DNA of 62,788 nt from a virus (taxonomy: Duplodnaviria; Caudoviricetes). The DNA lies in IMG/VR virus record IMGVR_UViG_3300044228_002718, positions 1 to 62,788 of that record, one strand, 5' to 3'. Position numbers and translations under genes: made by a program. Below the pieces are notes generated by a model. The model made no database searches. It was not told the DNA's origin and worked only from the letters and a program-made list of their open reading frames with translations. This document shows, piece after piece, positions 15,193 to 25,489 of this stretch (within the stretch, counting starts at the first letter, position 1; each line of letters starts with the position of its first letter).

Positions 15193-17425
15193 AACAAAAC
15201 CCTCCAGACAAAAACATCTGGAGTTTGATTTTGTTACAGATAGATTTGCTCTTTGTTCCGACCCAAGTAAGAAAAAAGTTCTAAAAGGAGATGTGGACTT
15301 AGAGATAGATGTAGATGACTTTGATTGGGTAATTCTTGTTGGGTCAGAGCCAACAAAATACTTTACAAAGATAACATCAGTTACAGAGTATAGTGGTAAA
15401 GTAGTAGATAAAAAATTTATACCACTAATTAATCCAGCGATGTTAAGTTTCAAACCTGAAATGAAACAAAAGTGGAAAGAAAGCATAGAAAGTGCAGAAC
15501 AGTATGTAACTGGCCAACTAAAACAAAAAGAATTATCGGAAGATAAAGTTTATGGAATAACAGATAGTAGAGACTTATATGTATTTTTAGATAAAGCAAT
15601 AGATTCAGACTATGACTTTATTGCACTCGACTGTGAGACAACAGCGTTATACCCCAGAGATGGTTATATGCTAGGCTTTAGTTTATCTTATGAGCCTGAG
15701 CATGGAGCGTATGTGTCAGCAGACTGTATTGATGAAAAAGCAGAACATCTCATGCAACTATTATTCGATAAGAAAAGAGTGGTATTTCATAATGCTAAAT
15801 TTGATTTAGGTTTCTTTGAGTTTCATTTTGGATTTAAGTTTCCAAGATTTGAAGATACAATGCTATTACACTACGTAAACAATGAACAACCAGGAACACA
15901 CGGGTTAAAACAACTATCACTTAAGTATACAGACTATGGTGATTATGAAAAACCTATGTATGATTGGATAGAACAGTATAGAAAACAACATGGAATATTA
16001 AAAGATAGTTTTCAATGGGAGATGATACCTTTTGATATTATGAAAAAGTATGCTGCGATGGACGCAGTATGTACTTTTATTTTATTTCAAAAGTTTGAAG
16101 AATATACTAAAGATAAAAAATTCTATAAAGTATATACAGACATACTCTTACCTGCTTGTAGGTTTTTAACAGATGTACAAGACAATGGTGTTCCATTTGA
16201 TAAAGAAAGACTATGGAAGTCCACAGAACTAATGCAAACAGATATAGAACAAGCTATAGAAAAGTTATATGAGTTCAAAGAAGTAAAAGAGTTTGAAGAA
16301 AAAGAACAAAAAGAGTTCAATCCAAACTCTACTATTCAGCTTCGTTCTTTACTTTTTGATTATTTAGGACTAGAGCCAACAAGCATAAAAACAAGTACAG
16401 GAGCAACCTCTACAAATCAAGAGGCTCTAAATATACTCTCGGAAAGCCATGATGTTCCAAAACTAATATTAGACATAAGACAGAAAGTCAAAATTAAAAA
16501 TACCTACTTAGATAAAATTATTCCCGCACTAAATCGTGATGGAAGATTAAGGACAAATTTCAATCTACATGGTACAACATCAGGAAGATTAAGTAGTAGT
16601 GGTAAACTTAATATGCAACAAATACCTAGAGATAACCCAATCGTTAAGGGTTGTATAAAAGCAAAACCAGGTAATAAAATTGTTGCAATGGACTTGACAA
16701 CAGCAGAGGTTTATGTTGCGGCTGTATTAGCCAATGATAAAAACCTTCAAGATGTTTTTCGACAAGGAGGCAACTTCCACTCTACAATTGCTAAACTAGT
16801 TTTTAATTTACCTTGTGAAGTAGATGATGTAGCGGAATATTACTCAGTAGAAAGACAACAAGCTAAAGCTGTTACATTTGGAATAATGTATGGTGCTGGT
16901 GCTTATAAGATTAGTGAACAAGTTACAAAGGACAGCGGTAAGTATTTTAGTAAATCCGAGGCAGAGGAAGTTATACGAGATTACTTTACAAAGTTTTATG
17001 GTCTAAAGAAATGGTTAGATGATAGAAAAGCTTTTATAAGTCAATATGCATATGACTTTTCTTATTTTGGAAGAAAGAGAAGGTTACCTAATGTTAAATC
17101 AGATAATAAAGGAATCGTCGCACACGAGATTCGTTCAGGAATTAATTCTTTAGTTCAATCGGCAGCTTCTGATATTAACTTACTTGGAGCAATAGACTGT
17201 CACAATCAACTAAAGAATGTAGACTACAAAGCAAATATTTTTGCACTTGTGCACGATTCAATACTTGCAGAAGTAGAAGAGGCAGGAGTTGATAAGTATA
17301 AAGAACTGCTCAGAGACTGTGTGCAAATAGATAGAGGATTAAGCATACCCGGTTGCCCAATAGGGTGTGACTTTGAAGTCGGTGACGACTATAGCATGGG
17401 CAAATTTGAGGAGAAATATCTATGA
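15170..17425 (+). CDS. family A DNA polymerase with 3'-5' exonuclease
   Basis: DCETT, FHNAKFD, YAAMD exonuclease motifs; TSGRLSS, DLTTAE, RQQAKAVTFGIMYG, VHDS. Confidence 0.97.
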   Translation: MARIALIETKPSRQKHLEFDFVTDRFALCSDPSKKKVLKGDVDLEIDVDDFDWVILVGSEPTKYFTKITSVTEYSGKVVDKKFIPLINPAMLSFKPEMKQKWKESIESAEQYVTGQLKQKELSEDKVYGITDSRDLYVFLDKAIDSDYDFIALDCETTALYPRDGYMLGFSLSYEPEHGAYVSADCIDEKAEHLMQLLFDKKRVVFHNAKFDLGFFEFHFGFKFPRFEDTMLLHYVNNEQPGTHGLKQLSLKYTDYGDYEKPMYDWIEQYRKQHGILKDSFQWEMIPFDIMKKYAAMDAVCTFILFQKFEEYTKDKKFYKVYTDILLPACRFLTDVQDNGVPFDKERLWKSTELMQTDIEQAIEKLYEFKEVKEFEEKEQKEFNPNSTIQLRSLLFDYLGLEPTSIKTSTGATSTNQEALNILSESHDVPKLILDIRQKVKIKNTYLDKIIPALNRDGRLRTNFNLHGTTSGRLSSSGKLNMQQIPRDNPIVKGCIKAKPGNKIVAMDLTTAEVYVAAVLANDKNLQDVFRQGGNFHSTIAKLVFNLPCEVDDVAEYYSVERQQAKAVTFGIMYGAGAYKISEQVTKDSGKYFSKSEAEEVIRDYFTKFYGLKKWLDDRKAFISQYAYDFSYFGRKRRLPNVKSDNKGIVAHEIRSGINSLVQSAASDINLLGAIDCHNQLKNVDYKANIFALVHDSILAEVEEAGVDKYKELLRDCVQIDRGLSIPGCPIGCDFEVGDDYSMGKFEEKYL

Positions 17426-17841
17426 AAGAGATGAAGTGGCCAGTTATAATATCCGTCTGTATGGCAGGGATAATATATTATGCAACACAAGATACTCCTC
17501 GTCAAGCAAGAGTGCAAGGGTGTTATGGAGAGTGTTATGAAGAATATAAAAGAATTCATGGCTCAGTAGTAGAAGAACTAAGAGTACAACAATTAGCTGC
17601 TGCAGAAGACCCCTTCTCTTCAATACGAGGATTATGGAGTGGTTGTGCTGCCTGTCATGGTTCAAATGGAGCAGGTGGAATAGGACCAGCGATTGCTGGT
17701 GTAGAGATTGCTGATATGCTTAGAGCATACAGAGCAAAAGAAACAAGAGGACCTCAATCAGTAATGATGTGGGGCCAAGCGAGTCAATTAAGTGACCAAG
17801 AAATTGAGTTACTAAGTAAATTTACAAAGGAGGAACTATGA
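17422..17841 (+). CDS. membrane-anchored class I cytochrome c (c553/c4-like)
   Basis: N-terminal hydrophobic helix; CAACHG haem motif; GPAIAG; distal Met (VMMW); LSDQEI. Confidence 0.85.
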   Translation: MKEMKWPVIISVCMAGIIYYATQDTPRQARVQGCYGECYEEYKRIHGSVVEELRVQQLAAAEDPFSSIRGLWSGCAACHGSNGAGGIGPAIAGVEIADMLRAYRAKETRGPQSVMMWGQASQLSDQEIELLSKFTKEEL

Positions 17842-18065
17842 TTGTTACAATTTATGGTAAAACCGATTGTTTATATTGCACTAAAGCAAAACAACTAGCA
17901 GAGATGAATAACTGCGAAGTAGAATATTTGTTGTTTGGAAAAGACTTTACTGCAAAAACTATGTTAGAAAAATTTCCTAATGCAAGAACATTTCCACAAA
18001 TAGTAGTAAATGGAGATAGCATTGGAGGGTATTTAGAGTTAAAAAGCATATTAGATGAAACCTGA
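17838..18065 (+). CDS. glutaredoxin
   Basis: CLYC, RTFPQI, IGGY. Confidence 0.93.
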   Translation: MIVTIYGKTDCLYCTKAKQLAEMNNCEVEYLLFGKDFTAKTMLEKFPNARTFPQIVVNGDSIGGYLELKSILDET

Positions 18066-18255
18066 ACAATTAGAGTTCCAATTGAATAAAACACAAGACG
18101 CAACTCCAGAGGAACAAAAAGAGTGGCTAGAAAAAGAACTCATTCCGTATGGAGAAGCTCAATTAAAATTTATAACCATTATGGCAATAGTACAGTTATT
18201 TACACTTATATTTATGTTAGTTGCATTTAAGGTGATTAGTCATGCAATTGAATGA
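18055..18255 (+). CDS. small membrane protein
   Basis: C-terminal TM helix. Confidence 0.65.
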   Translation: MKPEQLEFQLNKTQDATPEEQKEWLEKELIPYGEAQLKFITIMAIVQLFTLIFMLVAFKVISHAIE

Positions 18256-18715
18256 TGTAAGATTTCCACTTTTTGTTCTTCATGATGAATGTGAGGAACA
18301 AGATGGTTTATTGTGGTGTGATGGAATGGTAGTTGATGACCGTAATCAAAAGGGAGATACTCTCGGTAAAAGAAGATTACAGTCACCACATCAATTATAT
18401 CCACTAAAAAGAATGATAGAGGATTTTACAGCATTAATTAAACATAGAGGTAATAACTATGTAGATACTAATGGAAAGTATTTTCGTTACACTAAATCAA
18501 TAAAAGGAGATTTAATTTGTCATAAGATTAAGAAAACAGAAAGTAAAAATATTGGAACAGTAGTATGGCTAGAGGGTATTCCTTCTGCCTTCACAGAGAA
18601 AAGACCTTTACCTACAGAAATGAGATATGCAAGAGTATTATATCTAGGTAAAAATCCTTTTCTTGTGTATGACTATTGTACAAATAAGAAAAGAAAAACA
18701 TGGAGAAAAATATGA
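18242..18715 (+). CDS. conserved T5-like hypothetical protein (between polymerase and D10)
   Basis: VDDRNQKGDTLGKRRL, DTNGK, TWRKI; T5 gene order. Confidence 0.75.
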   Translation: MQLNDVRFPLFVLHDECEEQDGLLWCDGMVVDDRNQKGDTLGKRRLQSPHQLYPLKRMIEDFTALIKHRGNNYVDTNGKYFRYTKSIKGDLICHKIKKTESKNIGTVVWLEGIPSAFTEKRPLPTEMRYARVLYLGKNPFLVYDYCTNKKRKTWRKI

Positions 18716-19170
18716 ATAAGTTCAAAGCGCCACCAAATATAGCAACATTCTTTTTAAGAATACCGCTATCGGCTATGTTTTTACAACAGGGATTAAGTAA
18801 GTTACCTGTTGATGGAGCAGTTGCAGAGGCCTGGGGATTACCGTACATTGTATGGTGGTTTGTTACCTGGGGAGAGATTGGTGCTGCGATAGGACTTATG
18901 GTAGGTGGAGTCATAGGATTAATACCTTGGAATCATAGACACTTTTTTCTGTCACGAATAGGCAGATATTATCCTAGATTCAGATTGATAACTGAAGAAC
19001 TAGGAGATTTTATTACTAGATTTAGTGGTATTACTATGACTTGTGTTGTCACAGGAGTTATATGGCTTATGAGCCCTGCAAGTCTTTGGGACGTAATTTA
19101 TAAAGATTATCTACATGTAAGTTTATATGTAGGTGGACTTTATTTTGCATTGAGAGGTAATGTAAGATGA
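18712..19170 (+). CDS. DoxX-family membrane protein
   Basis: FFLRIPLSAMFLQQGLSK and WGEIGAAIGL; about 4 TM; GGAG SD before ATG 18712. Confidence 0.75.
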   Translation: MNKFKAPPNIATFFLRIPLSAMFLQQGLSKLPVDGAVAEAWGLPYIVWWFVTWGEIGAAIGLMVGGVIGLIPWNHRHFFLSRIGRYYPRFRLITEELGDFITRFSGITMTCVVTGVIWLMSPASLWDVIYKDYLHVSLYVGGLYFALRGNVR

Positions 19171-19730
19171 GGCATATAATGGAAACACCTATCTTTGTAG
19201 GACACAAAGCATTAGATACAAAATTAGTTGATATGTTTATTGAGAAAGGAAAAGAGCTTGTTATACAAGAAGCAGTAGTAAATCAAGAAGATTCAGTACT
19301 AAAAGATAATTCTTACAGACAAACAGATGTTGGATTTTTTCCAAAAGGACACATGGTAGAAACAATTATCAAAGCTCTAGTAACAAATGTAAATGATATA
19401 TCTTACAAATGTGAAATAACTGATGCAGAGAATATACAGTTTGGAATCTATAGAGAGGGATATTTCTATAAACCACATAGAGATTTTGACCCTAGCTGTC
19501 CAAATGTTCGTAAATTATCAGTAACCGTTCAACTTTCTGACAGTCATCACTATGAAGGCGGTGACTTTAGACTTTGGGATTTTTTCGGAAATGAAGTTGC
19601 AGACCCAAAGTGGAGAGATAAAGGTACAATACTTATCTTTCCGTCTTGTTTAAAACATGAGGTAACACCAGTTACCAAAGGCACTCGTATGTCGTTAGTA
19701 CAATGGTACATCGGCCCTGAGTGGAGATAA
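19167..19730 (+). CDS. 2OG-Fe(II) oxygenase (PKHD / P4H-like)
   Basis: YKPHRD (HxD), RKLSVTVQLS, YEGGDF, IFPS..HEVTPVTKGTRMSLVQW. Confidence 0.92.
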   Translation: MRHIMETPIFVGHKALDTKLVDMFIEKGKELVIQEAVVNQEDSVLKDNSYRQTDVGFFPKGHMVETIIKALVTNVNDISYKCEITDAENIQFGIYREGYFYKPHRDFDPSCPNVRKLSVTVQLSDSHHYEGGDFRLWDFFGNEVADPKWRDKGTILIFPSCLKHEVTPVTKGTRMSLVQWYIGPEWR

Positions 19731-19954
19731 ATATGGATTTAATAGAAAAATTAGAAAAAGGCATTGTTTTGATTACATTTGAAAGTCTAAATAGTGGTAA
19801 AATATATAGTAGAGAGTATACTCTCAAAGAAGAGTTTTTACCCACAAAAATAGAACATCAGTCAGGAGACAAAGTGATTTGTTTCAATGTAGACTTTCAA
19901 AAGTGGGAAGATATAGACATTGCTACTATTCGCGATTGGAAAGTTGTTGAATGA
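19721..19954 (+). CDS. hypothetical protein (WYL/SH3-like)
   Basis: LEKGIVLITF...YTL...CFNVDFQKWEDI. Confidence 0.6.
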   Translation: MEINMDLIEKLEKGIVLITFESLNSGKIYSREYTLKEEFLPTKIEHQSGDKVICFNVDFQKWEDIDIATIRDWKVVE

Positions 19955-21228
19955 AGGCAGTTTTACGCAATCGCATTTATATGGAGGTATCTCCCAGTCA
20001 GCAGGTAGACGTAGATGAAGAATTAACATATACTCTTCCACCTCGTAGACCTGGTGACCCTCCATTCGTAATAAAAAATATGGGAGTTATTAGAAAAGGG
20101 CTTGTTACACTTCCAATAGGAAGAACAGATTTAATACCTAGTGGACATGAAATAGAAGATAAAAGAGTGCTTTCCCCAATCGAACCCTTATCGTTTGGAT
20201 ACACACTTCGCGCCTCCCAACAAGCCGTATATAGCGAAGTGCTCGACTCCTGCATTATTAATGCTTGGGTTAGTTGGGGAAAGACTTTTACTGGATTAGC
20301 GATTGCTAATAAATTAGGACAAAGAACATTGATTGTTACACACACATTACAATTACGCAATCAGTGGGAAAAAGAGATAAAAAAAGTATTCGGGGTCGAT
20401 GCGGGTGTAATCGGCTCTGGAAAATTTGAAATAAAGGACTTTACTGTCGGAAATGTGCAGACATTGTATCGTCGAATTGACGACATCAAAGACAAGTTTG
20501 GAACACTTATACTTGATGAAATGCATCATGTAAGTAGTCCAACATTTAGTCGTATTATTGACGCAAGTCATGCACGATACAAAATTGGACTCACAGGAAC
20601 GATGGAGAGAAAAGATGGTAGGCATGTAACATTTCGTGACTATTTTAGTAATGATGTACACAGACCACCAAAAGAAAACTTTATGATACCTAGTGTAAAA
20701 CTTATAAAGTCTGGAATAAGATTTCCAGATGGTGCTCATGCGCCGTGGGCTAGTCGTATTAATGCGATTGCCTACAATCCTGAGTATCAAAATCAGGTGG
20801 CACTACTTGCGGCAAATTATGCAGCATTGGGTCATAAAGTACTACTTGTAAGTGATAGAGTTGATTTTCTAAGAGTCTGTCAAAGACTTATTGGGGATAA
20901 TGCAGTCTGTATCACAGGACAAATTCCGCACGAAGAGAGACCTGCACTACTCGCAACACTTGAACATGATAAAGATGTGTTGTGTGGTACACAGGCTATA
21001 TTTAGTGAAGGAATTTCATTGAATGCGCTGAGTTGCCTAATTTTGGCAACACCAATAAACAATGAGCCTCTCTTAACACAGCTTATTGGAAGAGTAATTA
21101 GAACACAAGAAGGAAAGAAGCAACCTGTAATCGTTGATATACATCTCGAAGGTAATACCGCAAGGAGACAGGCAAATGCCCGACTCGGATATTATATGAA
21201 GCAGGGGTACGATATTGAGACGATATAA
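19951..21228 (+). CDS. SF2 helicase (T5 D10 / UvsW-like)
   Basis: WGKT, DEMHH, LTGT, SEGIS, QLIGRV.R. Confidence 0.92.
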   Translation: MKAVLRNRIYMEVSPSQQVDVDEELTYTLPPRRPGDPPFVIKNMGVIRKGLVTLPIGRTDLIPSGHEIEDKRVLSPIEPLSFGYTLRASQQAVYSEVLDSCIINAWVSWGKTFTGLAIANKLGQRTLIVTHTLQLRNQWEKEIKKVFGVDAGVIGSGKFEIKDFTVGNVQTLYRRIDDIKDKFGTLILDEMHHVSSPTFSRIIDASHARYKIGLTGTMERKDGRHVTFRDYFSNDVHRPPKENFMIPSVKLIKSGIRFPDGAHAPWASRINAIAYNPEYQNQVALLAANYAALGHKVLLVSDRVDFLRVCQRLIGDNAVCITGQIPHEERPALLATLEHDKDVLCGTQAIFSEGISLNALSCLILATPINNEPLLTQLIGRVIRTQEGKKQPVIVDIHLEGNTARRQANARLGYYMKQGYDIETI

Positions 21229-21245
21229 GCATGGAAAAATACTTC

Positions 21246-21274
21246 TTGACAAATGGTTAAAATTTTGATATAAT
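21246..21274 (+). promoter_or_regulatory. sigma70-type promoter
   Basis: AAAAATACTTC-TTGACA-17-TATAAT; the -10 box overlaps the ATG at 21273. Confidence 0.8.
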
Positions 21275-21662
21275 GATAAAATATAATTGGAAAAGGATAT
21301 ATAGAGCAACTAACGGGAAAGTTCGTGATATTATTACGGTGGTACATTCCCTTACCTATAATCTTCAACCAAGAAATAAAAGAGATAGGCTTTACAAGTA
21401 TTATCAGAAAGACTTTACTGGACAAAGTTTCTTACTAAATCCAGAAAAGCTATTTTTACACCGAGAAGAATACGAGGATATCGAGATTGCACAGTATGTA
21501 GGTATTGCATCGCAGCGGTCTTATGCCAACTATAAACTCAGTAAAGATACCACATTAGACCTTTTCGAGTACGACGGAAAGGACATTATTTTATATAGTA
21601 ACAGACTTCTAACAGTAAGTGGTAATCGTATACACTTTAAGTTCGAAGACATTAAGGAGTAA
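21273..21662 (+). CDS. conserved T5-like hypothetical protein
   Basis: GQSFLLNP, YVGIASQR, NRLL...IHFKFE; lies between D10 and D11. Confidence 0.7.
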   Translation: MIKYNWKRIYRATNGKVRDIITVVHSLTYNLQPRNKRDRLYKYYQKDFTGQSFLLNPEKLFLHREEYEDIEIAQYVGIASQRSYANYKLSKDTTLDLFEYDGKDIILYSNRLLTVSGNRIHFKFEDIKE

Positions 21663-21665
21663 AAA

Positions 21666-22286
21666 ATGGCATTGACATTTAATCAATCTAAGGGCGAAGC
21701 CCAAAAAAGCAAAGTGAAAAGCTATACCTATGTAGACGGAGATAATCAAGTACGTCTAGTAGGAGATATATGCTCAAGATATGTTTACTGGCTAAAAGGA
21801 GAGAATGACAAAAACATTCCTATGGAGTGTCTTTCCTATGACAGAGAAAAAGAAACATTTAATAATCTTGAGAAAGACTGGGTCAGAGAATATAATCCTG
21901 ACCTAAAATGCACTTGGTCTTATGCAATACAATGTATTCATAATGGCGAATTACAAGTTTTTAATTTAAAGAAAAAATTATGGGAGCAAATTAGAGTTGC
22001 TGCTGAAGATTTAGGTGACCCAACAAACGCAGAAACAGGTTGGGATATATTCTTTAAAAGAGTAAAAACTGGACCTATGCCTTACAATGTGGAGTATCAG
22101 TTACAACCACTAAAAAGTAAGCCAAGAGCATTAAATGAATCAGAATTAGAATTAATTAAAGATTTAAAATCCATGGACGACGTTCTTCCAAGACCTACAC
22201 CTGACGCTCAAAAAGAGCTTCTTGACAGACTAAGAGAAGGTGCAGGAAACTCAAACAATGAGTCTATTGAGGAGGACTTTGCATGA
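21666..22286 (+). CDS. T5 D11-like ssDNA-binding protein
   Basis: RYVYW, LKKKLWEQI, LGDPT, KTGP..NVEY; acidic C-terminal tail. Confidence 0.85.
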   Translation: MALTFNQSKGEAQKSKVKSYTYVDGDNQVRLVGDICSRYVYWLKGENDKNIPMECLSYDREKETFNNLEKDWVREYNPDLKCTWSYAIQCIHNGELQVFNLKKKLWEQIRVAAEDLGDPTNAETGWDIFFKRVKTGPMPYNVEYQLQPLKSKPRALNESELELIKDLKSMDDVLPRPTPDAQKELLDRLREGAGNSNNESIEEDFA

Positions 22287-22783
22287 TTGGAATAGGAGAT
22301 ACATTTCCAGATTTTGACTTAAACGGAGTAGACTGTGAAAACACAATTGCAGAGTTTGCTATGAGTGAAGTTAATGGCTGGTCAATATTCTTCTTTTATC
22401 CAAAGGATTTCACTTTTATTTGTCCTACTGAGATAAGTGGGTTCAATATAATAGGTGATGAAGCCGAAGTCTACGGTATAAGTGGAGACAACGAATTTTG
22501 TAAACTTGCTTGGAAAGAAAGTAATGAACAAATCGAAGATATAAACTTCACTTTACTAGCAGATTGTGGATTAAATCTAGCAAAAGAATGCGGAGTAACA
22601 GACGGAAAAGTTTGTTATAGAGCAACTATCATAGTAGACCCTAAAGGGGAAGTTGCTCATGTATCAGCTAATAGAGATGATACAGGAAGAAATGCAGATG
22701 AAGTATTACGAACCCTTCAAGCACTAAAAGCAGGTGGACTCACAGGCTGTGCTTGGCAACCAGGTGATAACTTCGTTGTATGA
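22283..22783 (+). CDS. ahpC: peroxiredoxin (AhpC/TSA)
   Basis: FFYPKDFTFICPTE, RATIIVDP, GRNADEVLR. Confidence 0.93.
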   Translation: MIGIGDTFPDFDLNGVDCENTIAEFAMSEVNGWSIFFFYPKDFTFICPTEISGFNIIGDEAEVYGISGDNEFCKLAWKESNEQIEDINFTLLADCGLNLAKECGVTDGKVCYRATIIVDPKGEVAHVSANRDDTGRNADEVLRTLQALKAGGLTGCAWQPGDNFVV

Positions 22784-23736
22784 TTCTTTTTACCGCTGAT
22801 TGGCACATAAAGTTAGGTCAAAAAAATGTTCCGTTACCGTGGGCTTGCTCACGGTACGAACTTTTTTACCAACAAATACATGACGCCATCAAAAAACATA
22901 ATATAACCCTTCATATTATAGGTGGAGATTTATTTGATAGAGTTCCATCTATGGACGAACTCACTCTGTATTTTGACTTTGTAAAAGGTGTTAATGTACA
23001 GACTATTATATTTGATGGTAACCATGAAGCAACTAGAAAAAATAAAACATTCTTTACAAATTTAAAAAGAGTGACAGAAGAACTCAATCCAAAAGTAAAG
23101 GTTATAACAGAAACTTTTTATCTTCATGATTGGGCTATTCTACCCTATGCTGACTTACACAAAAAAGACAGTATAGAAGATATAGATGATGTAGACTATC
23201 TATTTACTCATGTGAGAGGAGAAATACCACCACATGTAACACCAGAAGTAGATTTAGAGAGATTTGATAAGTTTAAGACTGTTTTTGCAGGAGATTTACA
23301 TGCTCACGAGAATACTCAACGAAACATAGTATATCCTGGCAGTCCTATGACAACATCTTTTCATAGAAACCTAGTAAAGACAGGCTACATAGTGATAGAC
23401 CCAGATTGGTCTTGGACTTGGCATGAATTTAACTTGCCACAATTATTAAGAAAAACTGTGAGTAACCCAGACGAAATGGTACAAACAGATTTTCACCATA
23501 CTATCTATGAATTAGAGGGAGATATGGGCGATTTGAGTAATGTACAAAACTCAGATTTATTAGATAAAAAAGTTATAAAAAGAAAGACAGAGGCACAGCT
23601 AATTCTTGGCTCAGACATGACAATAGAAGAAGAGTTAGTAGAGTATCTCAGTTACATATTAGAATTAGAAGAACAAAAAATTAAAAATATTATAGGAGTA
23701 TTTAATGATAAAGCTAAAGAAGCTGAAGTGGAGTAA
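22780..23736 (+). CDS. SbcD/Mre11-like nuclease (T5 D12)
   Basis: ADWH, GGDLFD, GNHE, GDLH, YPGSP. Confidence 0.92.
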   Translation: MILFTADWHIKLGQKNVPLPWACSRYELFYQQIHDAIKKHNITLHIIGGDLFDRVPSMDELTLYFDFVKGVNVQTIIFDGNHEATRKNKTFFTNLKRVTEELNPKVKVITETFYLHDWAILPYADLHKKDSIEDIDDVDYLFTHVRGEIPPHVTPEVDLERFDKFKTVFAGDLHAHENTQRNIVYPGSPMTTSFHRNLVKTGYIVIDPDWSWTWHEFNLPQLLRKTVSNPDEMVQTDFHHTIYELEGDMGDLSNVQNSDLLDKKVIKRKTEAQLILGSDMTIEEELVEYLSYILELEEQKIKNIIGVFNDKAKEAEVE

Positions 23737-25486
23737 TTGTTTCAGCTACGGCGAAGGTAATGAGCTAGAATTAGGCTCTGATACTTTAACACAACTTGTA
23801 GGAACAAATGGAACAGGAAAAAGTTCTATCCCTATTATATTGGAAGAAGTTTTATTTAATAAAAACTCCAAAGGCATAAAGAAAGCAGATATTGCTAATC
23901 GTAAAGTTGGAAAAGGGTATGATATAACACTAGAGTTTAGTGTAAACTCAGACGAGTACGTTTTAGAGGTTATAAGAAAAGGAAATATAAAATGTAAACT
24001 GTGGGAAAATAACAAAGACATATCTTCTCATACTGCAACAAATACTTATAAAACACTAGAAGAAATTTTAGGTATAGATTTTAAAACATTTAGTCAAATA
24101 GTTTATCAAAATACAAATGCTAGTTTACAGTTTCTCACAGCTACCGATACTAACCGTAAAAAGTTTTTGATAGATTTATTACAACTTGATAACTACGTTA
24201 AGTACTTTGAAGTATTCAAAAACCTATCAAGGGAATGGAGTTCAGATATTTCCGTAGTGCAAGGGAAAGTAGCAACCATTGAAAAATGGTTAGTTGACAA
24301 CAAATTAGAAAATATGATACTACTTCCAAAGATAAATCTACCAATTTACTCGGAAGAAGAAGAGAAAACTTTACGTTCTTTACAATTAGAATATGCAAAT
24401 ATTTCGGAAAAGAACAAAAAAATTAATCAAAATAATTACTATAAAGAACGATTACAGTCAATAGATATATCTGACCAATCGTACGAAGATAAAGAGTTAC
24501 AAAGCTATGATAGCTTACAGTTAAAAGTAGGAGAACTACAAGCAATAGAGAGAAAACCAATATTTGCAGGAACAGACGAAAAGATATGTCCAACCTGCAA
24601 ACAAGAAGTTAATATGGAATTAGTAGAAAACATACAAAATGAACAAAGGGAAGCGAGACAAAAAGCGAAAAACGAACTTATCCAAATTAGAGATGAGATT
24701 GATTCTATTAAATTCCAGAACGAGAGAATTATTGAACACAGAAATAGAAAAAAGGAATTTGAGGAAGTCTACAGAAGTATCGACCAAAACCTCCCCTCAC
24801 TTGTCCTATCCGCAGAAGATTTACAAAACCGTATTGAATCTCTTTCAGAAATAATAAATGATAGAAAAGAAAAATTAGAAGAGGCAATAGAAGAAAACAA
24901 TAAAAGAGAAAGACACAATACCAGACTTTCAATAATAAAAGAACAAACAGAGAAATTTGAAACAGAACTAGAAGAATTATTTTTAAAGTTAGACCATCTC
25001 GAAGACAAACTTTCTTGTGCGGATATACTCAAGAAAGCATTTAGTACAAATGGATTACTAGCTTATAAGATAGAAAACTTAGTAAAAGATTTAGAAGAAT
25101 TAACAAACGAGTATCTTGCTGAGTTATCAGATGGTAGATTCAACTTACAATTTGTTGTAATTAATGATAAATTAAATGTTGAACTAGATGATGATGGAAA
25201 AGCTGTAGATATACTATCTCTTAGTGCAGGTGAACTCGCAAGAGTAAATACTTCCACGTTACTTGCAATTAGAAAACTAATGAGTAGTATATCAAAGTCA
25301 AGAATAAATGTACTTTTCTTAGATGAAGTTACAAACGTTCTTGATGAAGCAGGAAAAGAAAAACTAGTAGAGATATTATTAGGAGAGGAAGAATTAAACA
25401 CCTACATAGTATCTCATGGCTGGACTCACCCGTTACTCTCTAAAATCGAAGTAATAAAAGAAAACGATATAAGTAGATTGGAGTAA
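23705..25486 (+). CDS. SbcC/Rad50-like ATPase (T5 D13)
   Basis: GTNGTGKS, CPTC Zn hook, LSAGE, FLDE, VSH. Confidence 0.93.
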   Translation: MIKLKKLKWSNCFSYGEGNELELGSDTLTQLVGTNGTGKSSIPIILEEVLFNKNSKGIKKADIANRKVGKGYDITLEFSVNSDEYVLEVIRKGNIKCKLWENNKDISSHTATNTYKTLEEILGIDFKTFSQIVYQNTNASLQFLTATDTNRKKFLIDLLQLDNYVKYFEVFKNLSREWSSDISVVQGKVATIEKWLVDNKLENMILLPKINLPIYSEEEEKTLRSLQLEYANISEKNKKINQNNYYKERLQSIDISDQSYEDKELQSYDSLQLKVGELQAIERKPIFAGTDEKICPTCKQEVNMELVENIQNEQREARQKAKNELIQIRDEIDSIKFQNERIIEHRNRKKEFEEVYRSIDQNLPSLVLSAEDLQNRIESLSEIINDRKEKLEEAIEENNKRERHNTRLSIIKEQTEKFETELEELFLKLDHLEDKLSCADILKKAFSTNGLLAYKIENLVKDLEELTNEYLAELSDGRFNLQFVVINDKLNVELDDDGKAVDILSLSAGELARVNTSTLLAIRKLMSSISKSRINVLFLDEVTNVLDEAGKEKLVEILLGEEELNTYIVSHGWTHPLLSKIEVIKENDISRLE

Positions 25487-25489
25487 ACG

